Assembly (NCBI GenBank): GCA_963725865.1
Contig: CAVSAC010000010.1
Coordinates: 1,056,001-1,120,000 of the forward strand
Source of the DNA: Candidatus Eiseniibacteriota bacterium
Lineage (GTDB): Bacteria > Eisenbacteria > RBG-16-71-46
Direction of reading: 5' to 3'
DNA: 64,000 bases
Part shown: positions 49,545-59,079 of the stretch, piece after piece
Numbering within the stretch: position 1 is the stretch's first letter
How the letters are laid out: each line of letters starts with the position of its first letter
Program-made: the position numbers and the translations under genes
The notes under the pieces: model-generated
What the model was told of the DNA's origin: nothing
What the model saw: the letters and a program-made list of their open reading frames with translations, nothing else
Databases searched by the model: none

Positions 49545-49984
49545 GGCCGCACCACCCAGACCTTCACCGTCGCCGCGACGCCGCCGTAGAGCTTCACCAC
49601 CACGTCGTAGCGGCCGAGCTGCTTGATGTGCTCGGGCAGCTCGATGCGGCGCTTGTCGACCTCATGCCCCGCCTTGGCGAGGGCGTCCGCGATGTCGGCG
49701 TTCGTGATCGAGCCGAACAGCGTGTCCTCTTCGTTGGCCTGCGACGGGATGTTGATCTCGACGCCCTCGAGTTTCGCGGCCTCGACCCGCGCGGCGGCGA
49801 CCAGCTTGTCCTCCTTCACCTCGCGCTGCCGGAGCAGCTCCTTGAGGAGGTTGCCGGCCTTGGTACCGACGGGGATCGCGAGCCTGCGGGGAAGCAGGTA
49901 GTTGCGGGCGTAGCCGGGCTTCACGTTCACCGTGACGCCCTTGTCCCCCACGCCCTTCAGGTCTTCGAGCAAGATGACTTCCAT
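49541..49984 (-). CDS. rplI: 50S ribosomal protein L9
   Basis: MEVILLED..G.G..V.VKPGYARNYLLP, LFGSIT. Confidence 0.97.
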   Translation of the reverse strand: MEVILLEDLKGVGDKGVTVNVKPGYARNYLLPRRLAIPVGTKAGNLLKELLRQREVKEDKLVAAARVEAAKLEGVEINIPSQANEEDTLFGSITNADIADALAKAGHEVDKRRIELPEHIKQLGRYDVVVKLYGGVAATVKVWVVRP

Positions 49985-49993
49985 CGGTTCTCC

Positions 49994-50977
49994 CTAGGGT
50001 TGTCCACCGTCAGCGGTGGGCTCCAGTCGACGATAGTCCAGCCAGGCGTCGCTCAGTCCGAGGGCCGCCGCGGTCAGGACGAAGACCGGTGCCACGACGG
50101 CGATGACCACCATGGTCAGGGCGATGACGACGGCCGGCACACCGCGCCGCAGCATCAGCGAGGATACCACCGCGATCCCCTGCACTCCGAAGCCGAGCCC
50201 CGCGGCCAGCAGCAGCGTCCAGCCGCTCGGTGCGGCCGGCGCCCACGCGATGGCGAGCACCGCGAGTCCCGCGAGGAACGTCCACAACACTCCATCCGGC
50301 ACGCGCCAGTCGCTGAGCGCCGTGCTCGTCAGCGGCGGCCACCGCAACAGCCCCGCGATCCGCGCGGCGAACATCCGTCCCGCCGCTACCAGCAGCGCGA
50401 CCCAGCCGAACAACAGCGTCGGCAGCAGGTACGGCACCACGACCTCGCGCTCCATCTTCACCATCATCTGCATCGCGGCCTCGGCGTCGCGCAACTGCTG
50501 CGGCGAGTAGTGCCGCGGCGCCTCCGCCTCGAACGCGTGCTGCATCTGCACGATCGTGGTGTCGAGCCGGCCGCGCAGCGCGCCGTAGCCCGGCAGCCAG
50601 GGCAGCACCACCGCGAGCACCAGCACCGGCGCCAGGTGCCAGGCACGCTCGCCGGCCGAGTTGCGGCCGCCCTCCTCGCGCAGGCCGGTCCAGACCCCGG
50701 TCAGCGCCGCCGCCGGAATCCACCAGGCCCACAGCGCGCCGGCCAGCCCCGCCGCCAGGGCCGCGCCCGCCGCCACGGCCGGGACCGCGAACCCCCACGC
50801 GCCGAAGCGCCACGCCACGAGCATCGCGGCCGCCACCACCGCGGGGATCAGCACCCACAGCAATGACCACGATCCCGCCGTGCCGGCCGCCAGCAGGCCG
50901 AGCAGCGCCGCGATCAGCCCCGCGCGCACCCAGGACGGGCGACGCGTGCGCCGCGCCGTGTCAGCGATAGAGGTCAC
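49994..50977 (-). CDS. DUF2232/YybS-like membrane protein
   Basis: Multi-[18 protein letters not shown]; usual rpsR-rplI position. Confidence 0.8.
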   Translation of the reverse strand: MTSIADTARRTRRPSWVRAGLIAALLGLLAAGTAGSWSLLWVLIPAVVAAAMLVAWRFGAWGFAVPAVAAGAALAAGLAGALWAWWIPAAALTGVWTGLREEGGRNSAGERAWHLAPVLVLAVVLPWLPGYGALRGRLDTTIVQMQHAFEAEAPRHYSPQQLRDAEAAMQMMVKMEREVVVPYLLPTLLFGWVALLVAAGRMFAARIAGLLRWPPLTSTALSDWRVPDGVLWTFLAGLAVLAIAWAPAAPSGWTLLLAAGLGFGVQGIAVVSSLMLRRGVPAVVIALTMVVIAVVAPVFVLTAAALGLSDAWLDYRRLEPTADGGQP

Positions 50978-51203
50978 TGGTGAACGGCAGCAGCGCCAGC
51001 ACCCGCGCCCGCTTGATCGCGGTCGTCAGCTGCTTCTGATGCCGCGCGCACGTTCCCGACACCCGGCGCGGGACGATCTTGCCGCGATCGGTGACGAATC
51101 TCCCGAGGCGCTTCTCGTCCTTGTAATCGACGAATCCGACCTTCTCGAGACACAACTTGCAGTACTTGCGCTTGATGCCCTTGCCTTCGCGTTCCTTGGC
51201 CAT
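50961..51203 (-). CDS. rpsR: 30S ribosomal protein S18
   Basis: [32 protein letters not shown]. Confidence 0.97.
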   Translation of the reverse strand: MAKEREGKGIKRKYCKLCLEKVGFVDYKDEKRLGRFVTDRGKIVPRRVSGTCARHQKQLTTAIKRARVLALLPFTSDLYR

Positions 51204-51233
51204 CGCTGTTCCTCTCACCTCCGTCGACGGGGC

Positions 51234-51632
51234 TCAGGCCCCACCCGATGCCGGCGGCGCCCCGCCCTGCGGCGGCGTCGCACCCTCCGGCCAATCCATG
51301 AAGTGGACGAGTTCCGCGCGCACCTCGAGCCGCGAGCGCTTCTCGCCGCCCGGTGCCGCCCACTCCCGCATCTGCAGTCGTCCTTCCACCAGCACCGCGC
51401 TCCCCTTGTGGAGGTGCACGGCGCACACTTCGGCGAGCCGCTGCATCGTCACCACCGGCGTGAACCCGGTCTGCTCGGCGAGCTTCCCGTCCTTCCCCCG
51501 CCAGCGGCGGTGGAACGCGAGCGTGAACGTCGTGACCGGCGTGCCGTCGGACGCGTAGCGCTTGTCCGGGTCGCGCGTGAGTCGACCGCCCAGTTGCACC
51601 CGGTTGAGCTCGGGGAGCCTGAATCCGGACAT
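51234..51632 (-). CDS. ssb: Single-stranded DNA-binding protein (no acidic C-terminal tip)
   Basis: LNRVQLGGRLTRDP, KGSAVLVEGRL; rpsF-ssb-rpsR position. Confidence 0.9.
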   Translation of the reverse strand: MSGFRLPELNRVQLGGRLTRDPDKRYASDGTPVTTFTLAFHRRWRGKDGKLAEQTGFTPVVTMQRLAEVCAVHLHKGSAVLVEGRLQMREWAAPGGEKRSRLEVRAELVHFMDWPEGATPPQGGAPPASGGA

Positions 51633-51662
51633 GTCGTGCCTCCTTCGGCGACCCGCGCCGCG

Positions 51663-52016
51663 CTACTCCTCGCCCGCGTCCTCGGTGGCCGCCACCACCT
51701 CGGCGTCGACCTGCGGCTGGGTCAACTCCGGCGGGACGTGCAGCACCGTGAGGACGCGCATGACCTGCTCGTCGAGCTTCATGCGGCGCTCCACCTCTTT
51801 CACCACCGGCCCCGGCCCCTGGTAGAGGAACAGCGTGTAGATCCCGTCGCGGCGCCGATTGATCTCGTAGGCGAGCCGCCGCTTGCCCCAACGCTGCACC
51901 TCGAGCACCTCGCCGCCCAGATCCTTGATCCAGCCGGTGACGCGCTCGATCTCCTCGTTGACCTTCCCCTCGTCGAGGCCGGGCTCGAGGATGAATGTGG
52001 TCTCGTACTTGTTCAC
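51663..52016 (-). CDS. rpsF: 30S ribosomal protein S6
   Basis: YETTFIL, WGKRRLAYEI. Confidence 0.97.
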   Translation of the reverse strand: MNKYETTFILEPGLDEGKVNEEIERVTGWIKDLGGEVLEVQRWGKRRLAYEINRRRDGIYTLFLYQGPGPVVKEVERRMKLDEQVMRVLTVLHVPPELTQPQVDAEVVAATEDAGEE

Positions 52017-52600
52017 GGTTCGGATTCCTCCTGACGGATCCTGCGATTGAAACGATTCATGGCGGCGAGGATCCCATCCTCGAGCCAGCACTCCACCGCA
52101 TCGGCGGCCTGCCGGGCCGCTTCCTCCGCGGCCGCCATCCCTGCGTCGTCGAACTCCTCCAGCACGTGGTCGCGCAGTCCCTCGGCGCTGTCGGCAGCGC
52201 CGACCCCGATCCGCAGTCGCGCGTAGCCGTCGCTACCGAGCGTCTCCTGGATGCTCGCGAGACCGCGGTGCCCACCGGTCGAGCCCAGCGCCCTCAGGCG
52301 CACGGTGCCCAGCGGCAGGTACACGTCGTCGGCGATCACGATCAGCTCCGCCGCCTCCAGCGGGTGCCGCCCGCTCCAGGCTCGCAGCGCCTCGCCGCTC
52401 CGGTTCATGTACGTGAGCGGCGTCACGAGGTGCACTTCGCGTCCGCCCACGGCGGCGATACGACTGCGATACTCGTCCGCGAGTTCTCCCGGTCCGGCGT
52501 TCCAGCGCGCGGCCAGCAGGTCGACGACCCACCAGCCCACGTTGTGGCGGGTTCGCGCGTAGCGCGCGCCCGGATTGCCGAGCCCGAAGACCAGCGGCAC
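52013..52600 (-). CDS. pth: Peptidyl-tRNA hydrolase
   Basis: GLGNPG..Y..TRHNVG, TYMNRSG, GGHRGL, RLRIGVG. Confidence 0.96.
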   Translation of the reverse strand: MPLVFGLGNPGARYARTRHNVGWWVVDLLAARWNAGPGELADEYRSRIAAVGGREVHLVTPLTYMNRSGEALRAWSGRHPLEAAELIVIADDVYLPLGTVRLRALGSTGGHRGLASIQETLGSDGYARLRIGVGAADSAEGLRDHVLEEFDDAGMAAAEEAARQAADAVECWLEDGILAAMNRFNRRIRQEESEP

Positions 52601-52606
52601 GACCGG

Positions 52607-53299
52607 CTACTTCTTCTCGCTCTTCTTGTCCTTCTCGCCCTTCTCCTCCTCGCCCGCCTCCTCCTTCTTGCCCTTGGCGATCACCTCGGGCTCGGTGGGC
52701 TCGGTGGTCGCCGCGACCTCCTCGACCGGCTTCGGCTCCTCGGCAACCGTCGGCGGCACCACCGTCGCCACGGTCGCGTCGGGATCCGACAGGATCTCGA
52801 CGTTGACGGCCTGCAGGTCGCGCACGTGCACCGAGTCGCCGATGTTGAGCGCCGAGATGTCCACGTCGAGCGACGACGGGATCGTGGTCGGCAGACAGCG
52901 CACCTCGACCGTGCGAGTGATGTGCTCGACGATGCCGCCCCCGTCCTTCACCCCGATCGGCGTGCCGAGCAGGTGCACCATGACCTCGACCTCGATGCTC
53001 TCCGTGAGCGAGATGTGCTGGAAATCGAGGTGGATCACGCGTTGCGTGAGCGGATCGTACTGAGCGTCGCGCACCAGGGCGGTGAACTCGCCGCCCTCGA
53101 CCTTCAGGCTGACGAGCGGATTGCCGCCCTTGTGCTTCAGCATCGCGAGCTGGAACTCGCGCGCGTCGATGCGGACCGGGATCGGCGTCTCCCCGTGTCC
53201 ATACAGGATCCCGGGGATGTCACCGGCCGCCCGGGCCTTGCGCGCGCCGCCCTTGCCGAGCGATTCGCGCTTCTGGGCGGTCAACGTGATGACCGACAT
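52607..53299 (-). CDS. rplY: 50S ribosomal protein L25/Ctc
   Basis: GKGGARKAR, IPGILYG, HLDF, GVKDGG. Confidence 0.96.
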   Translation of the reverse strand: MSVITLTAQKRESLGKGGARKARAAGDIPGILYGHGETPIPVRIDAREFQLAMLKHKGGNPLVSLKVEGGEFTALVRDAQYDPLTQRVIHLDFQHISLTESIEVEVMVHLLGTPIGVKDGGGIVEHITRTVEVRCLPTTIPSSLDVDISALNIGDSVHVRDLQAVNVEILSDPDATVATVVPPTVAEEPKPVEEVAATTEPTEPEVIAKGKKEEAGEEEKGEKDKKSEKK

Positions 53300-53370
53300 G
53301 CGTGCTCCTCCTTACGGTGTCGATTCGGCGGCGCGGCTCCCTGTCCGGGGCCGCCGTTCCGCGTGTTTCC

Positions 53371-54318
53371 CTAGATGAACAACGAGCTGAGCGAGCGCTC
53401 CTCGTGGATGCGCTGGACCGCCTCGCCCAACAGGCCCGCGACTGACAGCTCCGTGACGTTCGCGGGCAGCGGCGTGCCCTCGTGGCTCACCGTGTCGGTG
53501 ATGACGAGCTCGCGGATCGGAGAAGCACCGATGCGCTCGAGCGCGCCCTGGCTGAACACGCCGTGCGTCACGCCGGCCGAGACCGACTTGGCGCCGTTCT
53601 TCATGATGGCCTCCGCCGCCTGGAACAGCGTGCGGGCGGTGGTGACCACGTCGTCGAACAGCACGACGTTGCGACCTTCGACCTCTCCGATCAGGTTCAT
53701 CACCTCGACCGAATCGGGGCGCGGGCGGCGCTTGTCGACCAGGCCCAGCTCGGCGCCGAGGCGCTTCGCGTAGGCCCGCGCCATCTTCACGCTGCCGATG
53801 TCGGGCGCGACCACCATCAGGTCCGCGGTCTGCTTCCGCTGGAAGTGGTCCACCAGCACGGGCGCCGCGTAGAGATGGTCGAACGGGATGTCGAAGAAGC
53901 CCTGGATCTGCGCGCTGTGCAGATCCATCGTGAGCGCGCGGTCCGCGCCCGCGACGGTGATCAGGTTCGCCACCAGCTTGGCCGAGATCGGCGCGCGCGG
54001 CTGGTCCTTGCGGTCCTGGCGCGCGTAGCCGAAATACGGCAACACCGCCGTGACACGACGCGCCGAGGCGCGCTTGGCGGCGTCCAGCATGACCAGCAGC
54101 TCCATCAGGTTCTCGGCGGGCGCCCCGGTGGCCTGGACGATGAAGACGTCACCACCGCGGATGTTCTCGTTGAAGCGCACCGAGACCTCGCCGTCCTCGA
54201 AGTGCGAGACGTCGCAGTCTCCGAGGGGCGTCTTCAACCGTTCACAGATCGCGGCCGCGAGCCGACGGCTCGCGTTTCCTGCGAATACCCGACACGGATC
54301 CAAGCGCAACTCCTCCAT
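53371..54318 (-). CDS. prs: Ribose-phosphate pyrophosphokinase
   Basis: FEDGE, PYFGYARQDRK, DLHSAQIQGFF, DKRR. Confidence 0.97.
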   Translation of the reverse strand: MEELRLDPCRVFAGNASRRLAAAICERLKTPLGDCDVSHFEDGEVSVRFNENIRGGDVFIVQATGAPAENLMELLVMLDAAKRASARRVTAVLPYFGYARQDRKDQPRAPISAKLVANLITVAGADRALTMDLHSAQIQGFFDIPFDHLYAAPVLVDHFQRKQTADLMVVAPDIGSVKMARAYAKRLGAELGLVDKRRPRPDSVEVMNLIGEVEGRNVVLFDDVVTTARTLFQAAEAIMKNGAKSVSAGVTHGVFSQGALERIGASPIRELVITDTVSHEGTPLPANVTELSVAGLLGEAVQRIHEERSLSSLFI

Positions 54319-54457
54319 GGGAGGCGGTCACAGCCGAGCCGCACGCGGGGATCGCCGCGCCGGCGCGATCGGGTCACGCATGCACGCCCCCGCGCGACCG
54401 AAGTCGCGCCGGGCGTGCATCACGCATCGCGGGTCGTCATCCACCCGACCCGGACGA

Positions 54458-54532
54458 TGGCTGGGGCGGGAGGATTCGAACCTCCGGATGCGAGATCCAA
54501 AGTCTCGTGCCTTACCACTTGGCCACGCCCCA
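54458..54532 (-). tRNA. tRNA-Gln (TTG)
   Basis: TGGGGCGTGGCCAAGTGGTAAGGCACGAGACTTTGGATCTCGCATCCGGAGGTTCGAATCCTCCCGCCCCAGCCA: cloverleaf, TTG anticodon, CCA end. Confidence 0.97.
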
Positions 54533-54637
54533 CCAACAGAACGGGATTTCCGTCACGGTCCGTTCCCCCGCAGGCGGGGGTCCGGGGTGCAGGTCATTGG
54601 CCCGAAGGAATGATCGGTGTTGCAGAAAAGCCCGGGG

Positions 54638-54667
54638 AGACTACCGGTGGCGCCCGGCGCCTGTCAA
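54638..54667 (-). promoter_or_regulatory. Sigma-70 promoter for tRNA-Gln/prs
   Basis: TTGACA-18-TAGTCT on minus strand. Confidence 0.65.
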
Positions 54668-54709
54668 CGCGCAAGGGCACCGGCGGTCGCTCACGGGCGC
54701 GGGCAGCGG

Positions 54710-54741
54710 AACGGCCCGTCCGCGCCAGCGGACGGGCCGTT
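54710..54741 (-). terminator. 14-bp perfect hairpin after PPC-domain gene
   Basis: AACGGCCCGTCCGC-GCCA-GCGGACGGGCCGTT; weak U-tract. Confidence 0.6.
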
Positions 54742-54774
54742 ACTCGCAGGGCGACTGCCCCCCTCGGGGGTGCG

Positions 54775-55746
54775 TCACCGATAGATGGTCTTGACCTGGC
54801 CCCAGCTCCGGCGATTGGCCGGCACCACCGTGCAGTTCAGGATGCCGGTGAGCGTCCAGGTGCCGGACGAGTTGGTGCCGTAGCTGTCGAGGATCAGGTA
54901 GTACTCGCCCGAGGCCGGGAACGTGTACACGAGGTGCTCCGCCGCGCCCGTCAGCGTGGCATCGGCCCCCGCCACGCAGGTGGTCGTCGGGGAGCTGCAA
55001 TCGGTGATGATGTAGATCGAAGCGTCGGCCGTACTGGTGTACGTCGCGTCCAGCTGGTCGCCACCCGAGACGCTCATCAGATAGGCGACGTCCTTGCCGA
55101 GCGCTGCGTACCCGGTGCAGCCACCCACCCCGGAGGTCAGCGGCGTGTAGTCGTCGGCCGCGAACGCCGTGCTGCCGGACAGGTTGATGTCTCCGCAGTC
55201 GATCCGCGCCATCGGCGTGCACTGATCGTTCACCGGCGGCGGCTGGGGCGCCTGGCAGCTGACAAAGCCCTTGTAGCTGCCGGTGCTGGTGGCGCTGTAC
55301 GCCGCGAAGCCGACGTAGTAGATGCCGCTCGTGGGCGCCGTGTAGGTCAGCAGCGAGTACAGGCCGGGGCCCGAATCGTCGTCGTTCGCCAAGACCACGG
55401 CGGACGCGTCGAACAGCCGGATGCGAGTGTCACCCACCGGCGCGGCGCCATCGGCGTCGGTCCCGACGGTGATGATCGTGCCGGCCACGACGGAGAAGTA
55501 GACGTAGTCCGTGTCGGCGGGGGCGTCGATCGCGGCGGGGCGCAGCACGTCTCCACACTGCAACAGCTGGGCGTTGGCGATGCCGTTGTTCGGCTCGACT
55601 TCGGGAACATCCGCCTGGACGGAGTTGGGCACCGGATTCCAGAGCTTCTCATGGGCCCCGGCGACCTTGTCCTGGGCGTGCAGCGGCTGCGCCGACACCA
55701 GGACGAGGGAGGTCAGTGCCAGCGCAAGGGTGTAGAGGGGCTTCAT
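54775..55746 (-). CDS. Secreted PPC-like domain protein ending SWGQVKTIYR
   Basis: SD AGGAGG; signal peptide; EVEPNN, DTDY, ANDDDSG, PVNDQC; Cys-rich. Confidence 0.8.
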   Translation of the reverse strand: MKPLYTLALALTSLVLVSAQPLHAQDKVAGAHEKLWNPVPNSVQADVPEVEPNNGIANAQLLQCGDVLRPAAIDAPADTDYVYFSVVAGTIITVGTDADGAAPVGDTRIRLFDASAVVLANDDDSGPGLYSLLTYTAPTSGIYYVGFAAYSATSTGSYKGFVSCQAPQPPPVNDQCTPMARIDCGDINLSGSTAFAADDYTPLTSGVGGCTGYAALGKDVAYLMSVSGGDQLDATYTSTADASIYIITDCSSPTTTCVAGADATLTGAAEHLVYTFPASGEYYLILDSYGTNSSGTWTLTGILNCTVVPANRRSWGQVKTIYR

Positions 55747-55927
55747 GCAGTCCTCCTGTCGAGAGGATCTGAAGGACGACGTCCGCGCGTGACGCGACGC
55801 CGCCCAGCGGGGATGCTCGGTCCATGCGAGGGCGATCCGCGCGCGCACGACGAAACTCGCTTGGGGGGGTCTCGTCGAGACCGACAAATCACGGACCACA
55901 GGTCGATGTAGTGCCGCGATCCAAGGC

Positions 55928-55984
55928 GCAAGACGTCTTGCATGCCGAGGGCGGCATTATCCACTCGTCAGGCGATCGACGCAA
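55928..55984 (-). promoter_or_regulatory. Promoter (TTGCGT-17-GATAAT) followed by 14-bp palindrome GCAAGACGTCTTGC
   Basis: -35 at 55979-55984, -10 at 55956-55961, palindrome at 55928-55941. Confidence 0.5.
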
Positions 55985-56152
55985 CGAATGTCGCGGGGTA
56001 TCCCCGAATCAAGGGCCGGGGCTTGGGGCACCGATCGCCGTCTGGAGCGACTCCATCCGTCTCTGCCGGGCACCCCGGGAGGCTCCGGAGCTCGCCCCCT
56101 CGGCGCTGCCCGCCGGGCGAGGGGGGGCCCGGTCGAGGCCGCGCGGATGGCC

Positions 56153-56464
56153 TTACTCGTCGACGTGCGCGTCCGCCAGCACCGGGGCGCCGGGAGCGGC
56201 GGCAGGGCGCTGGAGTTCCTTTTGGTATTCCTCCATCACGATCTCGGTCAGATACTTGCGAGTCTCATCGTTGATCGGATGAGCGAGGTCCTGGTGCTGG
56301 CCATCGGGGCGCTTGCGACTCGGCATCGCGACGAACAGACTCGAGTTCCCGCGGATGATCTTGAGCCCGCGGATGACGAACGAATCGTTCAACGTGATCG
56401 ACACGAACGCCTTGAGTTTGTCGTCGTTGCGCAACGAGACCCGCACCTCGGTGATCTGGATCAT
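56153..56464 (-). CDS. spoVG: SpoVG family protein
   Basis: ITEVRV, LKAFVSITL, LFVAMPSRK, DLAHPIN. Confidence 0.95.
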   Translation of the reverse strand: MIQITEVRVSLRNDDKLKAFVSITLNDSFVIRGLKIIRGNSSLFVAMPSRKRPDGQHQDLAHPINDETRKYLTEIVMEEYQKELQRPAAAPGAPVLADAHVDE

Positions 56465-56572
56465 GGGATCACCTCGTCACGGGCCGAGGGGTGTGATGGG
56501 AATCATCCCCGGGGTACCCGGGGTCGGGGCTCCCTTCCGACTTGAGCATCTGGCCTCCTTGCGTCGCTCAAG

Positions 56573-57517
56573 CTACTGCAGCGTCCTGATCCGCAGCCCG
56601 GTGCCTCGGGACTGGACCCCGTAGAGGGTCTCGACACCAGAGAAGCGACTCAGGACATCGTGGAAGGCGACATTCGCTGGCAGCACACCGAACACCGCCG
56701 ACCCACTACCTGTCATGCGGACCAGATCCGCACCCGCCGCGTGCAGCCGATCGCAGAGCGCGACGAATCCACCCCGCCGTTCACCCAGCACTTCTTCGAA
56801 CGTGTTCCCGAGACGCATCGCGTCCTGGAGCGTCACGGCACTCAAAGCTAAGTCGTGAGCGATTCTTAGTTTCGATCTCCACAGTGTCAAGCTCGATTTC
56901 CGTCGGTCGATCGCCGCGAACGCGCGCGCGGTCGAGATCCCCCACGTCGGCAGCGCGATCACCGCGCGAAAGCGGCGCGCCAAGCGCAGCCGCGTGAGCC
57001 GTTCGCCGCGGCCGCGCCCGAGCGCGGTGCCGCCCAGCAGCGCGAACGGCACGTCGGAACCCAGCGCGGCGGCGAGTTCGAGCCGCTCGGCGCGGGATCG
57101 CCGGACGCCGTAGAGGGCGTCGAGCGCCGCGAGCGCGGCCGCGGCGTCGGCGCTGCCACCCCCCATCCCGGCCCGGGTCGGGATGCGTTTGATCAAAGTG
57201 AATCGCGCCCCACCGATGCGCGGGTCGTGGGCCGCCAGCAGTCGTGCGGCCGCGAGCACCAGGTTGCGGGGGCCCGCGCTCACCTCGGGGCGGCGGCGGC
57301 GCACGCCGCCGGCGAGGGCGACGTCCTCGTGCCTCACCGAGAGGTCGAAGCCGCGGGTGCGCGGACGCGCGACCAGCGTGTCGGCGAGCGAGACCGACTG
57401 GAAGATGGTGGCGAGCTCGTGGAACCCGTCGGTGCGCCGCGGACCGACCGCGAGACCGAGGTTGAGTTTGGCGCGCGCCTCGACCACGACCTGCCCCCCG
57501 CGCGGCCGCGCGGTCAT
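56573..57517 (-). CDS. ispE: 4-(CDP)-2-C-methyl-D-erythritol kinase
   Basis: AKLNL.L, DGFHEL, KRIP..AGMGGGSADAAA, LGSDVPF, MTGSGS. Confidence 0.95.
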   Translation of the reverse strand: MTARPRGGQVVVEARAKLNLGLAVGPRRTDGFHELATIFQSVSLADTLVARPRTRGFDLSVRHEDVALAGGVRRRRPEVSAGPRNLVLAAARLLAAHDPRIGGARFTLIKRIPTRAGMGGGSADAAAALAALDALYGVRRSRAERLELAAALGSDVPFALLGGTALGRGRGERLTRLRLARRFRAVIALPTWGISTARAFAAIDRRKSSLTLWRSKLRIAHDLALSAVTLQDAMRLGNTFEEVLGERRGGFVALCDRLHAAGADLVRMTGSGSAVFGVLPANVAFHDVLSRFSGVETLYGVQSRGTGLRIRTLQ

Positions 57518-58404
57518 GAGCGGCCGTACAGGATGAACACCACTACCGCGAGGTACAGCAGCAGCACGACGCGGAGCGGCCGGTCGGTCAGCAGCACCAG
57601 CGATGGGTCCTCGCTGGTCTCGGAGACCTTCACCAGATACAGGTACCGGAAGATCCCGTAGGCCACGAACGGCACGGTGTAGAGCAGCGACTGGGTGTGG
57701 AACTTGGCCACCGTGGCCGGCCAGATGGTGTAGAGCGCGTACGACATCACGGAGGTCGCGGCCGAGATCAGCAGCATCCCGTCGAGCAGGTCGGCCGGGT
57801 ACTGCGACAGCACCGCGCGCTGCGTGGCCGCCTCACCGCCGGCGTTCGCGATCTCGCGGCGGCGCTTGCTCAGGGCCAGGAACAGCGCGCCGAAGAACGT
57901 GCACACCAGCAGCCACGGCGACAGCTCGGTGCCGGGCGACACCGGGCGCAGCAGCTCGACCCCGGCGATCGCGCGCAGCACGAAGCCGAGTGCGATGATG
58001 AACACGTCGACGATCACCTGGCGCTTGAGCCAGAAGGAGTAGACGAAGTTCATCACCAGGTACAGCCCCGCCACCGCGGCGAACGCCGCGCCCAGCCACC
58101 ACGACAGCGCGATGACCGCGGCCGCGATCGGCGGAATCGAGGCGAGCGCCGCCGCGCGCGGCAGGCGGCCCGACGGGATCGGCCGGTTCTTCTTGCGCGG
58201 GTGCTGGCGATCCGATTCGGCGTCGGCCATGTCGTTCAGCAGGTAGACGGTGCCCGACAGGAGGCAGAACGCGACGAATCCGCCGACCGCGCGCAGCACC
58301 AGCGTCCGGTCGCCGAACTGAAGCGAGAACAACAGTCCCGCGAACAGCAGCAGGTTCTTGGTCCACTGCTTCGGCCGCAGCGTCTCGATCAGCGCGAGGA
58401 TCAC
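57514..58404 (-). CDS. UbiA-family decaprenyl-phosphate phosphoribosyltransferase-like protein
   Basis: LRPKQWTKN, YLLND..D...DRQHPRK..RPIPSG, GFVLRAIAG, KRR.E. Confidence 0.88.
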   Translation of the reverse strand: MILALIETLRPKQWTKNLLLFAGLLFSLQFGDRTLVLRAVGGFVAFCLLSGTVYLLNDMADAESDRQHPRKKNRPIPSGRLPRAAALASIPPIAAAVIALSWWLGAAFAAVAGLYLVMNFVYSFWLKRQVIVDVFIIALGFVLRAIAGVELLRPVSPGTELSPWLLVCTFFGALFLALSKRRREIANAGGEAATQRAVLSQYPADLLDGMLLISAATSVMSYALYTIWPATVAKFHTQSLLYTVPFVAYGIFRYLYLVKVSETSEDPSLVLLTDRPLRVVLLLYLAVVVFILYGRS

Positions 58405-59057
58405 GACCGCGCCTTCCGCGGCTTCCGCGCCCCGCCCCGCGGGGTCGCCGACGTGCGCTCGGGCGGGAACATCGCGCGCTCGACCAACTCGCACAGGGCG
58501 TGGCCCATCGCGATGTGCCCCTCCTGGATGCGCGGCGTGAAGTCGCTGGGCGTGATCAGGGCGAAGTCGCACACGGCGGCGAAGCGGCGGCCCTTCAGCC
58601 CTGTCATGCCGACCACGATCACGCCCATGGCATGCGCGCTCTCGACCGCACGCAGGATGTTCTCCGATCCCCCGCTGGTGGTGATCGCGACCAGCACGTC
58701 GCCCGGCATCGCCACGCCCTCGAGCTGGCGCGAGAAGACCTGGTCGAAGCCGAAGTCGTTGCCGATCGCGGTGAGCGCCGAGGAGTTGGTCGTGAGCGCG
58801 GTCGCGGCCAGCGCCGGTCGGTCGGTCAGGTAACGGCCCGCGAGCTCCGCGGCCAGGTGTTGCGCGTCCGCAGCGCTGCCGCCGTTGCCGCAGAAGTACA
58901 CGGTGCCGCCGCTCTCGAGACACGCCACCAGCGCCTCGGCGGCCTCGGCCACCGTGCGCGTGCAGGCGCGCTCGAGGCGCCGCATCGCCGCGCCGGCGTC
59001 GCGCAGGACCGCGCGCGCCTCGCGCTCGAGGGGACCCCGCCTGCTCGTCCGCTTCAC
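58401..59057 (-). CDS. gmhA: Phosphoheptose isomerase (SIS)
   Basis: GNGGSAADAQHLAAE, TAIGND, PRIQE.H. Confidence 0.93.
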   Translation of the reverse strand: MKRTSRRGPLEREARAVLRDAGAAMRRLERACTRTVAEAAEALVACLESGGTVYFCGNGGSAADAQHLAAELAGRYLTDRPALAATALTTNSSALTAIGNDFGFDQVFSRQLEGVAMPGDVLVAITTSGGSENILRAVESAHAMGVIVVGMTGLKGRRFAAVCDFALITPSDFTPRIQEGHIAMGHALCELVERAMFPPERTSATPRGGARKPRKARS

Positions 59058-59079
59058 GCCTGCTCCTTCCCCGCCGCGC

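Noticed and set aside
54458..55984. tRNA-Gln-anchored genomic island
   Set aside because: No duplicated tRNA 3' end or integrase; the inserted gene lies upstream of the tRNA promoter
56153..56464. spoVG as evidence of sporulation
   Set aside because: SpoVG is a widespread nucleic-acid-binding protein at this conserved locus; no other spo genes
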